Part shown: positions 1 to 12,928 of the stretch, piece after piece
Layout of the letters: each line of letters opens with the position of its first letter
How positions within the stretch are numbered: position 1 is the stretch's first letter
Assembly: GCA_001643675.2 (NCBI GenBank)
Contig: LSRY02000006.1
Coordinates: forward strand, 434,001 to 498,000
Direction of reading: 5' to 3'
Source of the DNA: Monocercomonoides exilis PA203
Lineage: Eukaryota; Protista; Preaxostyla
Length of the DNA stretch: 64,000 nt
The notes under the pieces: generated by a model
The model's input: only the letters and a program-made list of their open reading frames with translations
What the model was told of the DNA's origin: nothing
Databases searched by the model: none
Translations under genes and position numbers: made by a program

Positions 1-1
1 T

Positions 2-2437
2 GTTGTCAGCTGTGTTTCCACTTCACGAGAGATATTGTCCGTCTGTGAAGGGAGCAAGGCTGCGATATATCAGCTGAGGATGAGCGATATCGAGAGCGAG
101 GATGGAGGGATTGTTGATGCGAATAAAGCAAAGATGGAGGCGAAGGAGATGTCGATGAGCAACATCACCAGACAGAACAGAGGGAGCATTGTGAAGATCG
201 TGGAATGTGCAGAAAGAGTGGATTTGATGAATTGCTCGATGAGGATGTGTTTGGGAAAAGAAGAGAGAGGATGGATGGTGAGCGTGTGGAACTGTGAGCG
301 TGTGAATGTTGATTGTTGTGAGTTTGATGGAGAAGAGGGAGAGAATGAAGAAAGAACAAGAAATGAGCAGAATGAAGGAGAAAAAAGAGAGGAGATATGC
401 AAATGGAATGGGTCAATGGTTGAATTTGAGAAGAGTGAAGTGGAGATGAAAGTGACTTCGATGAGAAACAGCAAGAATGGGGGATTGTCAGTGAGTGGAG
501 GAAATGTGGTGATTGAGAAAGGAGAGTTTGTGAACAACAATCCATCGATTGGAAAATATCCCTCAGCTCGGAGAAACATATTGTGTTTGGATTCTGCTCA
601 GCTGAATATCATGAGCTTGAAGGGAGGAGACGGAGTGAAGGATGATTCATCAATGTGGATTCTGAATGATGGATGCAGTTTGATGGGGATTGTTGAGGAG
701 CGAGCATCACCATTGTTCATCCCCACACTCCGATCGGTGGAGACAGAGGAGAAGGAAGGGGTGCTGGATGTTGTGTTCAGGGGCACACTTCTTCTGCCGT
801 GCAACCTGTCGTTTCGGGTTGTTTCGTCGGTGGGGGATGTGGAGCTGGTGGAGACACACGAGATAAGTGAGTCTGGGTTTGTGAGTGAAGAGGAAGTTCG
901 TGGCACAATTGGGTTGGAGATGGTCAGAGGAGCAGAGGCGAGTGCGGAAGTGAGGGTGTGCATCTTGTTTGGAGATGGCCATTCTCCCTCGGCAACTGAG
1001 TCATTCATCCTGAAGAACAGGAGCGAGGTTGAATCGAAGGGAGATGAAAGGATTGTTGAAGGTGGAAAAGAAGGGAAATCGATATGGCCAATCATTGTTG
1101 TTATATTGGCTGTGATGTTTCTAATTGTTTTCGTTGTTTCGATTGCATTGGCGGTCAGATGGAGAAAGGTTAAAAATGAAGCAGAAGATCTGAGAGAGAT
1201 TGTGAATGATAACATCAGAAAGGATCCGAAGGCGTTTGAGATGGTGACGATGGAGATGTCGCCTGAGGAGCAGTGGAGAAGAGCTGAGAAGGAGGCAGAG
1301 AAGAAGAATGAAGAGAGGATCAAGAAGAGGGTGTATGGGAAGCAGATGCAGCACTCGGAATCATCAGAGCATCTTCTATCTGAGAGCGGATCGACTGAAT
1401 ATATCCTTGGAAGAGACTCAGACAAGATCCCTCAATGGATGCTCGAGAAGGTTGATGAGAAAGAGGAAGAAGAAGTGGAAACAAGGAAGAGAACACCATC
1501 TCCATCCATTTCATCCATTTCATCCACTTCAACCACTGATTCAGATTCCACTTTTGTTCGGAGAGAGGATCTGTGCCCAACCACTTCATCGATGTCGAAT
1601 CTGGTGGATGCAATGGCATGTTCGTCTCCTCATGAGAAATTGATTGTGGATCTGAGGGATTCTCTGTTCATGTTGCTCCATGGAAGGAATAAGACAAAAG
1701 AGATGGCGATTGGCACTTTGCAGGAAAGAGAACAAACAGCTGCTCAGATCCTGTTCTGGGTGGCAAATGGAGCTCTTCATTCATTTGACGAGATGGAAAA
1801 TCCTCTTTCTTCTCTTTCCAGTTTGAGCCCTCACATTGTGCTGTTCTCTGAGCACATGGTCATCTGCATCGTGATGCATTCTGACTTATTATCAGAAGAT
1901 TCAGATTCCTCATCCATCTCTTCGTCAACAATTGTGACATCTGCAAGTGATAATGATGATGATGATGACTCCCTTCCCTCGTCTGCCTTTGAGGATGAGG
2001 ATGACTTCAAGAAAGAGTGTCTGAGGTGGAAGGCACCTGAGTTGCTGATCAACAAGAAGATGGGGGCAACCAAGGAATCGGTGGCATTTTCGATTGGGAT
2101 GATGCTGTGGGAGTGTTTAACTCTAAATATTCCGTTTGGAGAGTATGAGGCAGAGGTGGCAGGGCAGAAGATTGTGAATGGGGAGAGGCCAGCCCTGGGC
2201 AGCGCGGAGCAATCATCGTTCTGCTCTGTGGTTGAAAACTGCCTCAACAGCCTTTCGCAGAAGCGCCCATCCCTCGCAACCCTCAAAAGAGAGCTCTTCC
2301 AGCATTTTCCTCCGGGAGCGATGGTCCTCACAGCCTCAGATGCCATCGATCGCACAATGGATAGCCAGCAGTCTGGAAGAGGTGCTTCGAGTGAACTTGC
2401 TTGCAGCGAAAGCGAAATACTTGAAAATCGCTGCTGA
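2..2437 (+). CDS. Receptor-like pseudokinase family member (beta-helix ectodomain end, single TM, TKL-like kinase C-lobe remnant); 5'-truncated by the window edge
   Basis: The frame is open from base 2 to TGA 2435-2437. TM helix IWPIIVVILAVMFLIVFVVSIALAV is followed by RWRK. Kinase subdomains VIII-XI are visible (LRWKAPELL, SVAFSIGMMLWECLT..IPF, KRPS), with no recognisable VAIK, HRD or DFG. Near-identical blocks are shared with 18728-26473. Confidence 0.85.
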   Translation, partial: VVSCVSTSREILSVCEGSKAAIYQLRMSDIESEDGGIVDANKAKMEAKEMSMSNITRQNRGSIVKIVECAERVDLMNCSMRMCLGKEERGWMVSVWNCERVNVDCCEFDGEEGENEERTRNEQNEGEKREEICKWNGSMVEFEKSEVEMKVTSMRNSKNGGLSVSGGNVVIEKGEFVNNNPSIGKYPSARRNILCLDSAQLNIMSLKGGDGVKDDSSMWILNDGCSLMGIVEERASPLFIPTLRSVETEEKEGVLDVVFRGTLLLPCNLSFRVVSSVGDVELVETHEISESGFVSEEEVRGTIGLEMVRGAEASAEVRVCILFGDGHSPSATESFILKNRSEVESKGDERIVEGGKEGKSIWPIIVVILAVMFLIVFVVSIALAVRWRKVKNEAEDLREIVNDNIRKDPKAFEMVTMEMSPEEQWRRAEKEAEKKNEERIKKRVYGKQMQHSESSEHLLSESGSTEYILGRDSDKIPQWMLEKVDEKEEEEVETRKRTPSPSISSISSTSTTDSDSTFVRREDLCPTTSSMSNLVDAMACSSPHEKLIVDLRDSLFMLLHGRNKTKEMAIGTLQEREQTAAQILFWVANGALHSFDEMENPLSSLSSLSPHIVLFSEHMVICIVMHSDLLSEDSDSSSISSSTIVTSASDNDDDDDSLPSSAFEDEDDFKKECLRWKAPELLINKKMGATKESVAFSIGMMLWECLTLNIPFGEYEAEVAGQKIVNGERPALGSAEQSSFCSVVENCLNSLSQKRPSLATLKRELFQHFPPGAMVLTASDAIDRTMDSQQSGRGASSELACSESEILENRC

Positions 2438-3399
2438 CAGCAGGGCACGATCAAAGTGAGACTGACTCTTCAACTGCCCATTTTTCTCGTATTTCTGTCT
2501 GCTTGAAGCACATCGCAATGCAGTATTCCTTATATTTCTTTTCTTTTCTTTTTTTGATGTTTTGTGCCAAATGGCTTTTGTTTTTGACTTTCCTTTTTTT
2601 ATTTTTCCTGTTCCATTTGAATGTCTTCACATCACCATCCATCCTTTTCCTGTTCATAGGCTTGGAGCAACCCTTCATTTCCCAGTGCTGCTTCTTTCCT
2701 GCCATTCCATTCCTCATGTCCTTTTGCACTTCCACAGAAAAAAAACCCAAAAAATTAATCTCGACAATCTTGAATCAAAGACGGTAGCGAAGCATTTTGT
2801 GCAAGAGTGAGAGAGAATCAGCTTTCAAAAAGAGTTGAAGCAAACGAACAAAAGCGATTCCAGATAAATCTTGAATGGATCATGTGCCGTTTCTGCCCAT
2901 TTCTGAATTCTTCCATTGAATTGTAACACATGCACATATACAGAGAGAAAGAAATGCATTTCTTTTCCCTCCAAAACAAAGATCGGGCAAGACTCGCATT
3001 GCTGCTCACACATCAAGCGATTGTTTGAAACACTGCTGAAAAACACAAAATCCTTCTGGCTTCCAAAACCTCCAGCTTTGCTTTTCCCCTTCGTGTTATC
3101 GCAATTCTGCGTCCTGCCACCAATAAATCAATAAAAATGACTCGCCTCAAGTCCGTTTTGCTGAGCGCTTCGCGAAAACACTTTTGATCCAACTTTCATT
3201 CCTGAAAATCGAAATGCCTCCTCAAATCTAAAATAACAAAAATGTTTGGCAAATGTTTTTTCTCTCTCTCTCTCTATTTCTGCTTCGCTGTTGCCTTTGC
3301 TTCTTCAGATAGAATGAAGCACTTTCAAGAGAAAATAAAAGGTTGTCTGATGTGTATTGAAATGAATAATGCTCCATTTCACGGATTCCATCCATTTGA

Positions 3400-4300
3400 G
3401 CCTTTTGAGCCAAAACTCACAAATGACCAATTGATTGGAAATGCACCAAAAAACAAAAAAATTGAATATCCCTTCGGCCTTGCTGCCTCGTGTCGGCTCG
3501 AGCATTCCCAGCTTCGCAAATGCCTCCTCCAATGAGCAACTCCCTTGCTTTGCTGCTTTTCACGCCTCTCCAAATCCGAAGGTCAAAAATAGATATACGA
3601 CGGAATCCCCCCGTTCGTGCGCCAGACCCAAAGCATGTTCCTCCCGAGCCGTTAGCAAACAATTCGAGCAGTGCATTCAACAAGTCGGCCAAAAAAATAA
3701 AAAAATGATGATGTTTCAACTCGAATCATGGCTTCTTCATCGCTTGTTTGGGTCGCAATTGCGGAGCACAAAATCAATTATAACATCTTTATTCTTGCCG
3801 TCCCTTTTTTTGCTCCCAAGAAACACCACAGCCGCTGGGCGCCTCCAACAGTTTGCTTTTTCATCCATTCCGTGAAACGCAGTGTCATTTGGCAATAAAG
3901 CGTCCACCACTCATTTCCTCTTCGAAGCAAATAGCATGTGGCGGTTGCACGAAAAAACGATCATGTCCGTGCAGCAACACTTGCATCGTCTTTTTCTTCA
4001 AATGGTTTTTCGTTTTTTCTCAAGCAATCCAAAAAAAGATGGGTTCGACAACTGTAAGTGTGGCACTGCTACCCGCATGCAATAAATGCAGAATGGCTCC
4101 CATCCTCGACATTGGATCATTTTCCGTTTCCTTCAGCAGGCCCAATAAAAGATATCTTCAATTATTGTCAATTTATTCATCGTCGCATGAATGTTTCGCT
4201 TTCAATAATTCCATTCCTCTGAAAACAAAATCGCATGCACCATCGTCGCATCAAGCGCATTTTGCATGTCTCGGCTGTGCTCGGTGAAATCTCAATTTCA
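3400..4300 (-). pseudogene. Probable highly decayed relic of a receptor-family ectodomain
   Basis: Minus-strand fragments GAILHLLHAGSSATLTVVEP (~4040-4105), compare GGALYVHDNSSATLTVENSSF in the intact paralog, plus GSGGTCF and IGGGICE, in broken frames. Boundaries approximate. Confidence 0.4.
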
Positions 4301-5365
4301 TTGCAAAGATTAATTGCAGCATAAATCAACCCCAGCCCAGCGTCTCTTCAGCTTTTCGATCCATTTCCAGAAGTGATGACAACCATTGGGCAAAAATAAT
4401 CAAAGAGAGGCCTTAGCCTTTGCAGTTGCAAAAATGCTTTTTCGATTGATCAATCTCATTAACTATTTTATTTCAGTCCACACAAAAATTATTTTCTGAG
4501 TTGATATATTTTTCTTTTTTGGAATCAAACTAATTGATTGAAGTGGTTTGGTCAATAATTTGAAGCATTTCCGTTGAAAATTATTTCATAAATTAAAAAA
4601 GTTATAAATTTATTCCATTTTTTTAATAGATAAAAGTTGTTTGATGAAAAAAAGATTCCAATTTTGTGAAGAGAAACAATTGTAAATATCTGATATGTGA
4701 GATAAATTGTATTCAATATCTCACAAACGAAAAATTGAACAAAAAATCATTTTAATAAGTTTAAATGAAATTGTATTTTGACTGAATAACAGATAATAAA
4801 AATGTTTTGAATCTATTTTTAATTTCTTTTTGTGCAACGTGCAAATAATAATAAAGGAGTTAAATTCAAACATTTTTTATGATGGTTCAGATACAAAAAA
4901 TAAAAAAAAAAGTTAAGTTGGATTTATAATTTCATTCATTGTTTAAAAAAAATGAACAAAGGCGATGCATCAACTTAAAAATTGCAAATGCTCAAGTTTA
5001 ACAAACATAATACAAAACATGAAAAAAGCGAACAAATATTTAACAGCAAAACTTAAATGAATGAAATGGAAAAGTGATATGGCTATTCGCAAATCTGCGA
5101 AAGACTATCAAAAAAAAACAAGATTCGCAAATGTTCAGAGCAGCCTATGAAACAAAAATGAAACAGATTGTAACAAACAAATAAAATGAAGCTCAAATAA
5201 AACAGTTCTATTTTTTTTTCCTTGCAAAATGAAACAGAAAAGGTTAAGAATAAAATAAATGTGACAACAACAGGAGCAATTAATACATAAATTAACAAAT
5301 AATTAAATAAATAAACGGAAACTTTCATGTCAAAATCTTTCTGAATGCAAATGCCAAAATGCACT

Positions 5366-8300
5366 TCATTCACTCGTAGAGCTTTCTTCATCGCTTTCGT
5401 CGCTCTGCTTGTCTTCGCTGGAGTCATCAGAGGAAATGCCATTAGCATGAGGGGCTGCTTCCTTCTCGAAATCAGAAAATTCGGATTCTCTGCCACTTGT
5501 GCTATCATCTTCGTCATCATCATCATCATCATCATCTTCTTCTTCTTCTTCGCTGCTGTCATCTTCCTCAGACGACGACGACGAAGAAGAAGAAGTGGAA
5601 GACGATGATGAAGACGATGAAGAACTAGAAGAAGATGATGATGAGCTTGCATCGCTGCTGTATTCATCATCAGAATCTGATATTTTGACAGTTTTCTTTT
5701 TTCGCTGCAAATTTGATGCAATCTGACCATTCGCTTTTTTTGGCAATGATTTTGGTGAAACACCTTTTCTGATTGTGCTTTTGGCAGAAGAACCAGAAAC
5801 ACATACAGAAGCAGTTGAAGAGGAGGAGGAAGAGGAAGAAGAATTGGATGAAGAAGAAGAAGTGTGTAATAAACATTTAGGCTTTTTCCCCTTTGCATTC
5901 TTCGTGCTATCTTTCTTTTCGCTTTCTTCATCGCTGTCTTGTTCGCTATCATCATCATCCTCTTCTTCTTCTTCACTTTCGCTTTCACTTTTCTCTTTCT
6001 CTTTCTCTTTCTTTTTTTCTTTTTCTTTTTCTTTCTCTTTTTTATTCTTTCCGTTTTTCTGAGGAGGAGTGCTTGGAGTTGCTCGATATTTTGGTTTTGT
6101 CTTCGCTTCCTTCTCTTTCTTTGCCACTTCCTCTTTCACTTTAACCTTCCTCTTCCATTTTGGTGTTGGAGTTTTTATTTTAACTTCTTTTTCATTCTTC
6201 TTTTTTGTTAGCACATTAACATTGCTTCCTTCTTTTCCCATCTTTTCTCCTTCTTTCTTCTCTTTCTCTTTCTCTTTCTCTTTCTCTTTCTCTTTCTCTT
6301 TCTCTTTCTTCGAAATCGACCCTTTTCTCCTTCTCTTTGACGCATACAGCAAAGATGAGCTGCTCGATGCAAAAGAAGAAGCTGACGCCCTCGAAACTGA
6401 TCGTTTAATGCCAAACTTCTGCTTCTTTTCCTTTTTCTTGAGCGATTTTGGTGTGTGTGGCAAATCAACCTTCGTTGAATGAGAAGAAGAGAATGCTGAA
6501 ATCGTCAAGGGAGATGCTGAGAATGTGAAAGGAGGCAAAGAAGAAGTATCAGTTGCCTTTGCATTTGAAGAAGAAGAAGAAGAAGAAGGGAAAGAAGGAG
6601 AAGAAGATACAGTGGAAGTAGCATTCAAAGTGTTTGCAGGCGTTTTTGGAGGAGAGTTCTGAAGAGAAGAAGAAGACACAAAAGCAGAAGATGTCGAAGC
6701 AGACGAAAAAGAAGGGCATTCAACAGTTGATTGAAGGGGTTGCATTGAAGAGATATGCTGTGGTGATTGAGAAGAAGAAGAAGAGGGGGATGAGGAGGAA
6801 GAAGAGGAGGATGAGGAGGAAGAAGAAGATGATGATGACATTAATTGTTCTTTTTCTGAGCGAAGAGAAGAAGAACGAGGAGAAGAAGAAGGATAGGAAA
6901 GAGGAGCTTTGCCTAGCAGAAGATAAGGAGGAGTGGCAGAATCAGCAGAAGGCTGAGAAGAAGAAGAAGAAGAAGAAGAAGCAGAGTTTTGACTGGAAGA
7001 TGAAGAATTCAACGACAAATTTTGAGTGCCTGGAGATTTGTTTAAAGAGCGAAATGAAGAAAAAGAAGAAGAAGGAGAAGAAGTAAAAGAAGAAGAAGAA
7101 GAAGAAGAAGAGAAAGAGAAAGAGGTGCTCTTCATATTTGGAGAAGAGGAAGGGGTGGCATTAGCATCACTTTTGGGAGAGGAGCGTGAGAAAAAGCGAT
7201 GAAACGGATTGCAGCCAGTTTTTGGTGGGGAAACGGGCATTTTGTGTGGAGGGAAGAAAGGTTGAGACTGAGAAAGCATTCGTTCAGAGGGAGAAGAGAA
7301 GGAAGAGGAATAAACAGAAGAAGAAGAAGAAGAAGAAAGAGAAGAAGCCTGAGGCGAAGAAGGATAAGAATGCAAAGAGTAGTTAAGCTTCCCCTTTTGA
7401 GTCAAATTTGTCTGATTGTCTCCGTTTGACACAACAGCAGTGCATTTGAGCTCGTCCTGATGGAAAACAGAGGAACTGAAAGGAGAAGAGGAGAAAGAAG
7501 AAGAGGAAGAAGAAGAGGAGGAGGAAAAAGAATAAGAAGGCAAAGAACCAGTGAGTTGAGAAGGAGGTGGCTGAGACGAATATGAATAAAAAGAGGAAGA
7601 CACGTTTGATTCAACATTTGTGTGTTTCATTTCATATCTGATCTTCCTTCGATGTTTCTTCAGCCCTGCGACAGAAGAAAGAGATGAAATAGAGGAATAA
7701 GGAGGGAAATGAGAAGAAGATGAAGAAGTATTTGAATTAGAAATGGAAAAAGAAGGAGAAGGAGAAGGAGGAGAAGAAGCAGCAAGAGAGTCTTTTCCAG
7801 ATTGCATTTCAGACAAAGCCGAGTTTTGTTTGCCTGCTCTTTTCGAGTCAGCGTCTGTGAAAGATATTTGTGAATACTCAGGACATCTGCCAAACTGCTG
7901 AAGTTCTGATGATTTGTCTGCTGTTGAAGAAGAAGATGATGATGACGAAGATAATAGCAAAGTTACTTGACGATCCTTGGGATTGCTTAGTTTGTCGGGC
8001 ACTTCAGAGGAAGAAGGGTGTTTTCCTGTCTTGTCTGAAGAAGGAAGGTGAGAAGATGACGAAGAGGATGAAGAGAAAGAAGAAGAAGAAGGCAGCACAT
8101 CAGAAACATGACTAGGAGGAACAACAATGGCTCCTCTGTTCTCCAAAAGAAGCGAATCGGTCACAGCTTTTCTTCCTTTCCCACTGCTTTCAACGTTTTT
8201 TTCGTTTTCTTCTCTGTTTGTTTGTGTCACCCCAACAACATTTCGAATCAATTTTTGTTTTTTCTTTGCCTCTTTTTTGGCTTCCTTGTTTGTTTTCAAT

Positions 8301-9154
8301 TCGCTTTCAGCAACTTTTTCAGTGTTTTGCTTTGAACTTAACAGTTTTGAATGGTTATTTTGATTGTCTTTGTTAGCAACTTCATCCCCTTCTCCTTCTT
8401 CTCCTTCTTCTGCATAACTCTCCTTCTTCTTCTTCTTCTCTTTCTCTTTCTCTCTCTTCCTCTTCTTCTCCTTCCCTCGTCCTCCTCCTCCTCCTTTCTT
8501 CCTCACTGGAGACAGAGAATGAGATGCACTGTGAATAGAACACACGCTCTTCACTGACTCATCTGCTGTTGATGCTCTTGGAACAGAAGAAGAACGGAGA
8601 GGAAGCAAAGGAGGGGATAAAGAAGGAGAAGGAGAAGGAGAGGGGGAAAGGGAAGGAGAAGGGGAAGGATGAGCGGAAGTGCGACGGAAGAAGAGAGAAG
8701 GAGAAGAGGAAGAGATGGAAGAGGACGGAGATTCAGGCAAAAGAGAATGGAAATCTTGTTTTCTGAGAGTGTTGTGTCTGTTGTGTGCGGACTGTTTGGC
8801 TGTTTTGGAAAAAGAGTTCTTTGGAGACATCGCCAAAGCAGATGGATGTGAGTGTGATTGAGATTGAGATTGGGAGTGAGGTTGAGGTTGCAATGGGTTT
8901 TGCACAGATCTTGGTTGAGGAGCAGAGAAAGAAGATGAAATGGAAGAAGAAGAAGAAGAAGAAGAAGAAGAGGGAGAAGAAGACAATGAAATGTGAAGTG
9001 ACTTGTGAGATGGCTGAAGCGGCTGATGTGAAGGCGATGTGGAAGGCGAATGAGCAGATGAAGTGTGTTTCGAATTGGATGTGGGCGATGAATGAGGAGA
9101 AGCAGTGGGAATATGATCGGGTTTGGAAGGTGGAATGGAGTTTTGCGAAGTGAT

Positions 9155-9193
<39 letters not shown>

Positions 9194-11318
9194 AGAGGTC
9201 GTTGTTGATTTAGAATGAGAATTTTCTGCTGTACTATCAGAAATGTTATGTTTCTTCGCATCAAAATCATATTCAGCTGTTTTGTGAACAAACTCACTTT
9301 TATCTGCACCTTCTTTTGTCACTTTCTGCACATTCATTCCATTTTGCGCTTCTTTCCTTGCTTTCGATGGCGAACGTGGCACTCCCACAGAAAACGACCT
9401 CGAAGTTGGCTTTTGTTTGATGATTCTGCATTTGTTTGAAGGAACATTCGATGCAGCTGTTTCTTCTGAATACGTTGTTGCTTCGCTTCCTTCATTCAAC
9501 TCTTTGTATTTCTTCCCTCTTTCCCTAATTAATGTCCTTGTTTTTTTGGTCTTGAATCTTGCCGACATGATTCTCTTTGTGTTTAAAGCAGTAGTCGAAG
9601 AAGCAGCAGTGGCAGTTGTAGCAGCAGCTGCTGAACCTTCCTCGCTTTCTCTCCCACTCTTCACCTCAGTCTGCTCCATCAGCACACTCCCTTCTTTTGC
9701 TGCTGTGCTGTTTCTTCTTTTGATCCTCCGCCTCACATTCTCTGCCACCACAGCCGTCTTCCCTGTCAGCACCTCCTTTGCAGCAGAAGTGATCCTTCTG
9801 AAAAACAGAGGAAGAGGCGGAGGGTATTTTCTGAGGGTGCGCTGCAAGGGAGGAATAACAATATCTGCTGGAAGCGCATATCTTTGCGAGGAAGGGGTCA
9901 GCAGCTGCAGCGGAGGCACCACAACACCTGGTGAATTAAGCCCACCAACGTTCCCTTCTTCGATCACTCCTGTGCTTTCTGCGCCTGACTCAGCCAGCGC
10001 TGCCGCGATGGCTGTGGCATCGGAGGGGCTCATTCGCTTTCCCATCGCCACTTTCGCTGCGGCCTCGTGTCCTGCTGCTGACAATGTTGATATCGCTGAA
10101 ATTGAATTTGAAACTGAATTTGAAGCTTTTGAAGCTGTTGCTGTTGATGCAGCTGCTATTGCTGCTTCTCTTCGCATAGCAGATGAACGCTGTCTTGCCT
10201 GCCTCATCGATGCCTTCTTCTCCATCTTCTCCAGCTTCTTCGCTCTCTTCCTCTCTTTCTTCTCAAAAGGCGGGGGAGGCTGCGGAATCGACAGGAAAGC
10301 AGACGTCGAAGGCAGCAGTGTTTCGTCGTGGGCTACCATGTTCTGCCCAAACGATGCTAAAAGCGATGTCATCGTAAGCTCTTCTTTCCCACTGCTTCTA
10401 CTCTCTTTCTTTTTGGCGCTTGTTTTTGTTTTAGTTTTCGTGTTTGTTTTAGGTTTGGTTGTTCTTTTCTCTTTCTCTTTCCCTTTTGTCTTCTCTTTCC
10501 TTCTATTCAACTTTCCCCTTCTTTTCCTCTTGTTCCCTTTGCCATCGCTGACATCCGTGTCATTTTCTGTGTCTTCTTCTGAACTTCTGTCTGTTTCCTC
10601 ATCTGAACTCGTCTCTTCTGCAGAATCAGCTGCTGCTGAAGACGAAGCAGAGGAAGAAGACTCTTCAGACGAGGATGTGTCAGAATCGCTTGCTGATCGC
10701 TTCAGATTGGACTGCTGGGTTTCATTAACGTCATCATCATCTTCTTCCTCTTCTTCCTCTTCTTCCTCTTCCTCTTCATCGTCATCATCGTCTTCTTCTT
10801 CACTGTCTTCCTCACTTTCATCTGAATCAACAGCTTTCCTTCTTTTGTTTTTCGTCTTTTTGTTCTTTTTCTTTGTTTGTCGTTTTGTTTTTATATCAGA
10901 AAATTCTGCCTCTTCGCTCTCCTCATCATCATCACCTTCATCATCATCGTCGTCTTCTTCGTCATCATCTTCATCTTCATCAGCATTTTTGTTTGGCTTT
11001 TTCTTTCTTCTTTCTTCTTCATCGCTCTCTTTTGTTGACTCATCCGTGTTTATTTCTGTCTGCTCTGTTGCTTCTGCCGTTGAAGTTGCTCGTTTTTTGT
11101 AGTTTTCCTTCTTTTTCTGTTGTTTTTTCTTCAAGTCTTTCATTTCTTTCCTCTTTCTGCTTCTTTTCTCTCTCTCTTTCTGCTTCTTCTCTCGTTTTTC
11201 TTTGGAATTCATCGCCTTTTTGATGATTTTGCATCCTTTTCGACTGTATTCATCTTCATCTTCTGTGATGTTTCCGCTGTCTTCTTCTTCACTCTCGTCT
11301 CCATCGTTATCTTCTTCT

Positions 11319-11349
<31 letters not shown>

Positions 11350-12928
11350 GGCTTTCCTCTTCTTCCTCTGTTTCTTCATCATTATTGTATCTTCTTTTCC
11401 CCTTTCCTTTTCGATTCTTTCTCGATTTTGTAGCTTGTGCTTTTGATTTTTGCTTTTTTGTATTTTTTGAGTCCATCACTTTCCTATCTGTTTTTTGATA
11501 ATCTTCTTTTTCTTGTCTGCCTTTCTTTCTGTTATCTTCCAATTCTTTTCTGTTCTTCTCTTTCTTCTTATTTTTCTTTCCTTTCTTCTTCTTCTTCATC
11601 TTATTCCCCTTCTTCCTCTTCTTCTTCCCTGCTTTTTTCCCTTCCTCCTCTTCCTCCAGAAACGGAAGCGCCGGCAAAAGCGGCCTCCTCCTCAGCTCGT
11701 AAATATGCCCATCCTTCCACATCGCCCTCTCCACCCCGTCTGTGTCGATAACGCGGATGAACCGCCGCGTATCAAACAGCCGCGTCCCGCGCGCCATCTC
11801 CTCCATCGCCTCGTCCAGCGGCATCGCCTTCTCCACACACACAGGCACCCGGTTCAGCGGATCATACATGTCTGGGAACGTGCCTTTGAGAATTGGCTGC
11901 TTGCCAGCCTGCGAGGAAGTCCTTCGAGATTTTCTGCTTTGAGAGCCAGCGGGCGGTGTTATTTCGCTGGATGGATTCGATTTTGCACCTTTTGTTTTGT
12001 CTTTGATAGTTTGCTGGCATTCCTGTTCTCCTCCTCCAATATAACTCTCAACTTTCTCAGGTGGATAGATATTTTTTGCTGCTGGAAGGTCAAACACAAC
12101 AGCAGGATGCATTGGCTTATAAGCATCATCTACAATGGAACAATTGACAAATACCGTTTGTCCATCGTAGCTAACGCCATGACCTTCGTGTGTATGCCCA
12201 AATACATGGACTCGAGGTTGAAGAAATTTTCTCACAGCTTCAAGAGTTGAAACAGATCCGCAATGCTTCACTGGATCAACATCTTGCCGCCCAAAAGGTG
12301 GGCCATGAGTCACCAAAACATCCATTCCTCTTTCAACTCTTTCCCATGATGTGACAAAGCTCACGTTTGAGTAGCACTTACACATTGCAGTTTTATATCT
12401 GCTCGGAATCAAAAGCCCAAAGACACGTTGATTGAACACCATCGTACCGCTTGATTCAAGATACGTTGCTACCCTATTTATTCGTTTCAGTTCATCGTCA
12501 TACGAAAGAGGTTCCTCAAGAAGTCGTCTTGAATAAAACATATCGTAATAAAAATGATCGAACACTAAATCATGATTTCCTGCAACGACTATTTTGTGCT
12601 TGTGGGGCTGTTGTCGTAGCCAATCATAAAAAGAATCGAGCTCAAGCCTGTGCGATCTTTGAGTGAAATCACCTGCATGAATCAAAACATCACCCCAAGG
12701 GACTCCACCAGGAATTGCATTATGGTGCCCATGCGTATCAGAAATGCATACATATCTTACAACATCTTCACTAGCCTTTGGAACTGTTGGATCTTTTACA
12801 ATATACGGAATATCTTCAATGAAAGTATCAGTTTGTTCAAGGCACTCATATGCTCTCCTTGATTTGGTACCGTACAATAGCTTCCAATCTAAATCCCGTG
12901 CACGTGGGACTGTGCAATCATCCTCCAT
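5366..12928 (-). CDS. Calcineurin-like metallophosphoesterase (MPPED1/2, 239FB-like) N-terminal domain plus ~2200-aa K/E/D/S-rich low-complexity extension
   Basis: All five metallophosphoesterase motifs are intact: VCISDTHG, VLIHAGDFT, KHKIVVAGNHD, VLVTHGPPFG, VHVFGHTHEG. Uninterrupted 2520-codon ORF; a small upstream exon cannot be excluded. Confidence 0.88.
6258..6308. repeat. (TCTCTT)n microsatellite encoding a KEKEKE run in the metallophosphoesterase tail
   Basis: Hexamer tandem repeat read directly from the sequence. Confidence 0.85.

Noticed and set aside
5083-5988. 301-aa minus-strand ORF overlapping the end of the metallophosphoesterase gene
   Set aside because: It is an alternative frame over trinucleotide repeats that runs into AT-rich 3' UTR.
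9417-11102. 561-aa + strand ORF and other long antisense ORFs (e.g. 598-1425, 11495-12250, 19719-20483)
   Set aside because: They are shadows of low-complexity or codon-biased genes on the opposite strand and carry no independent motifs.
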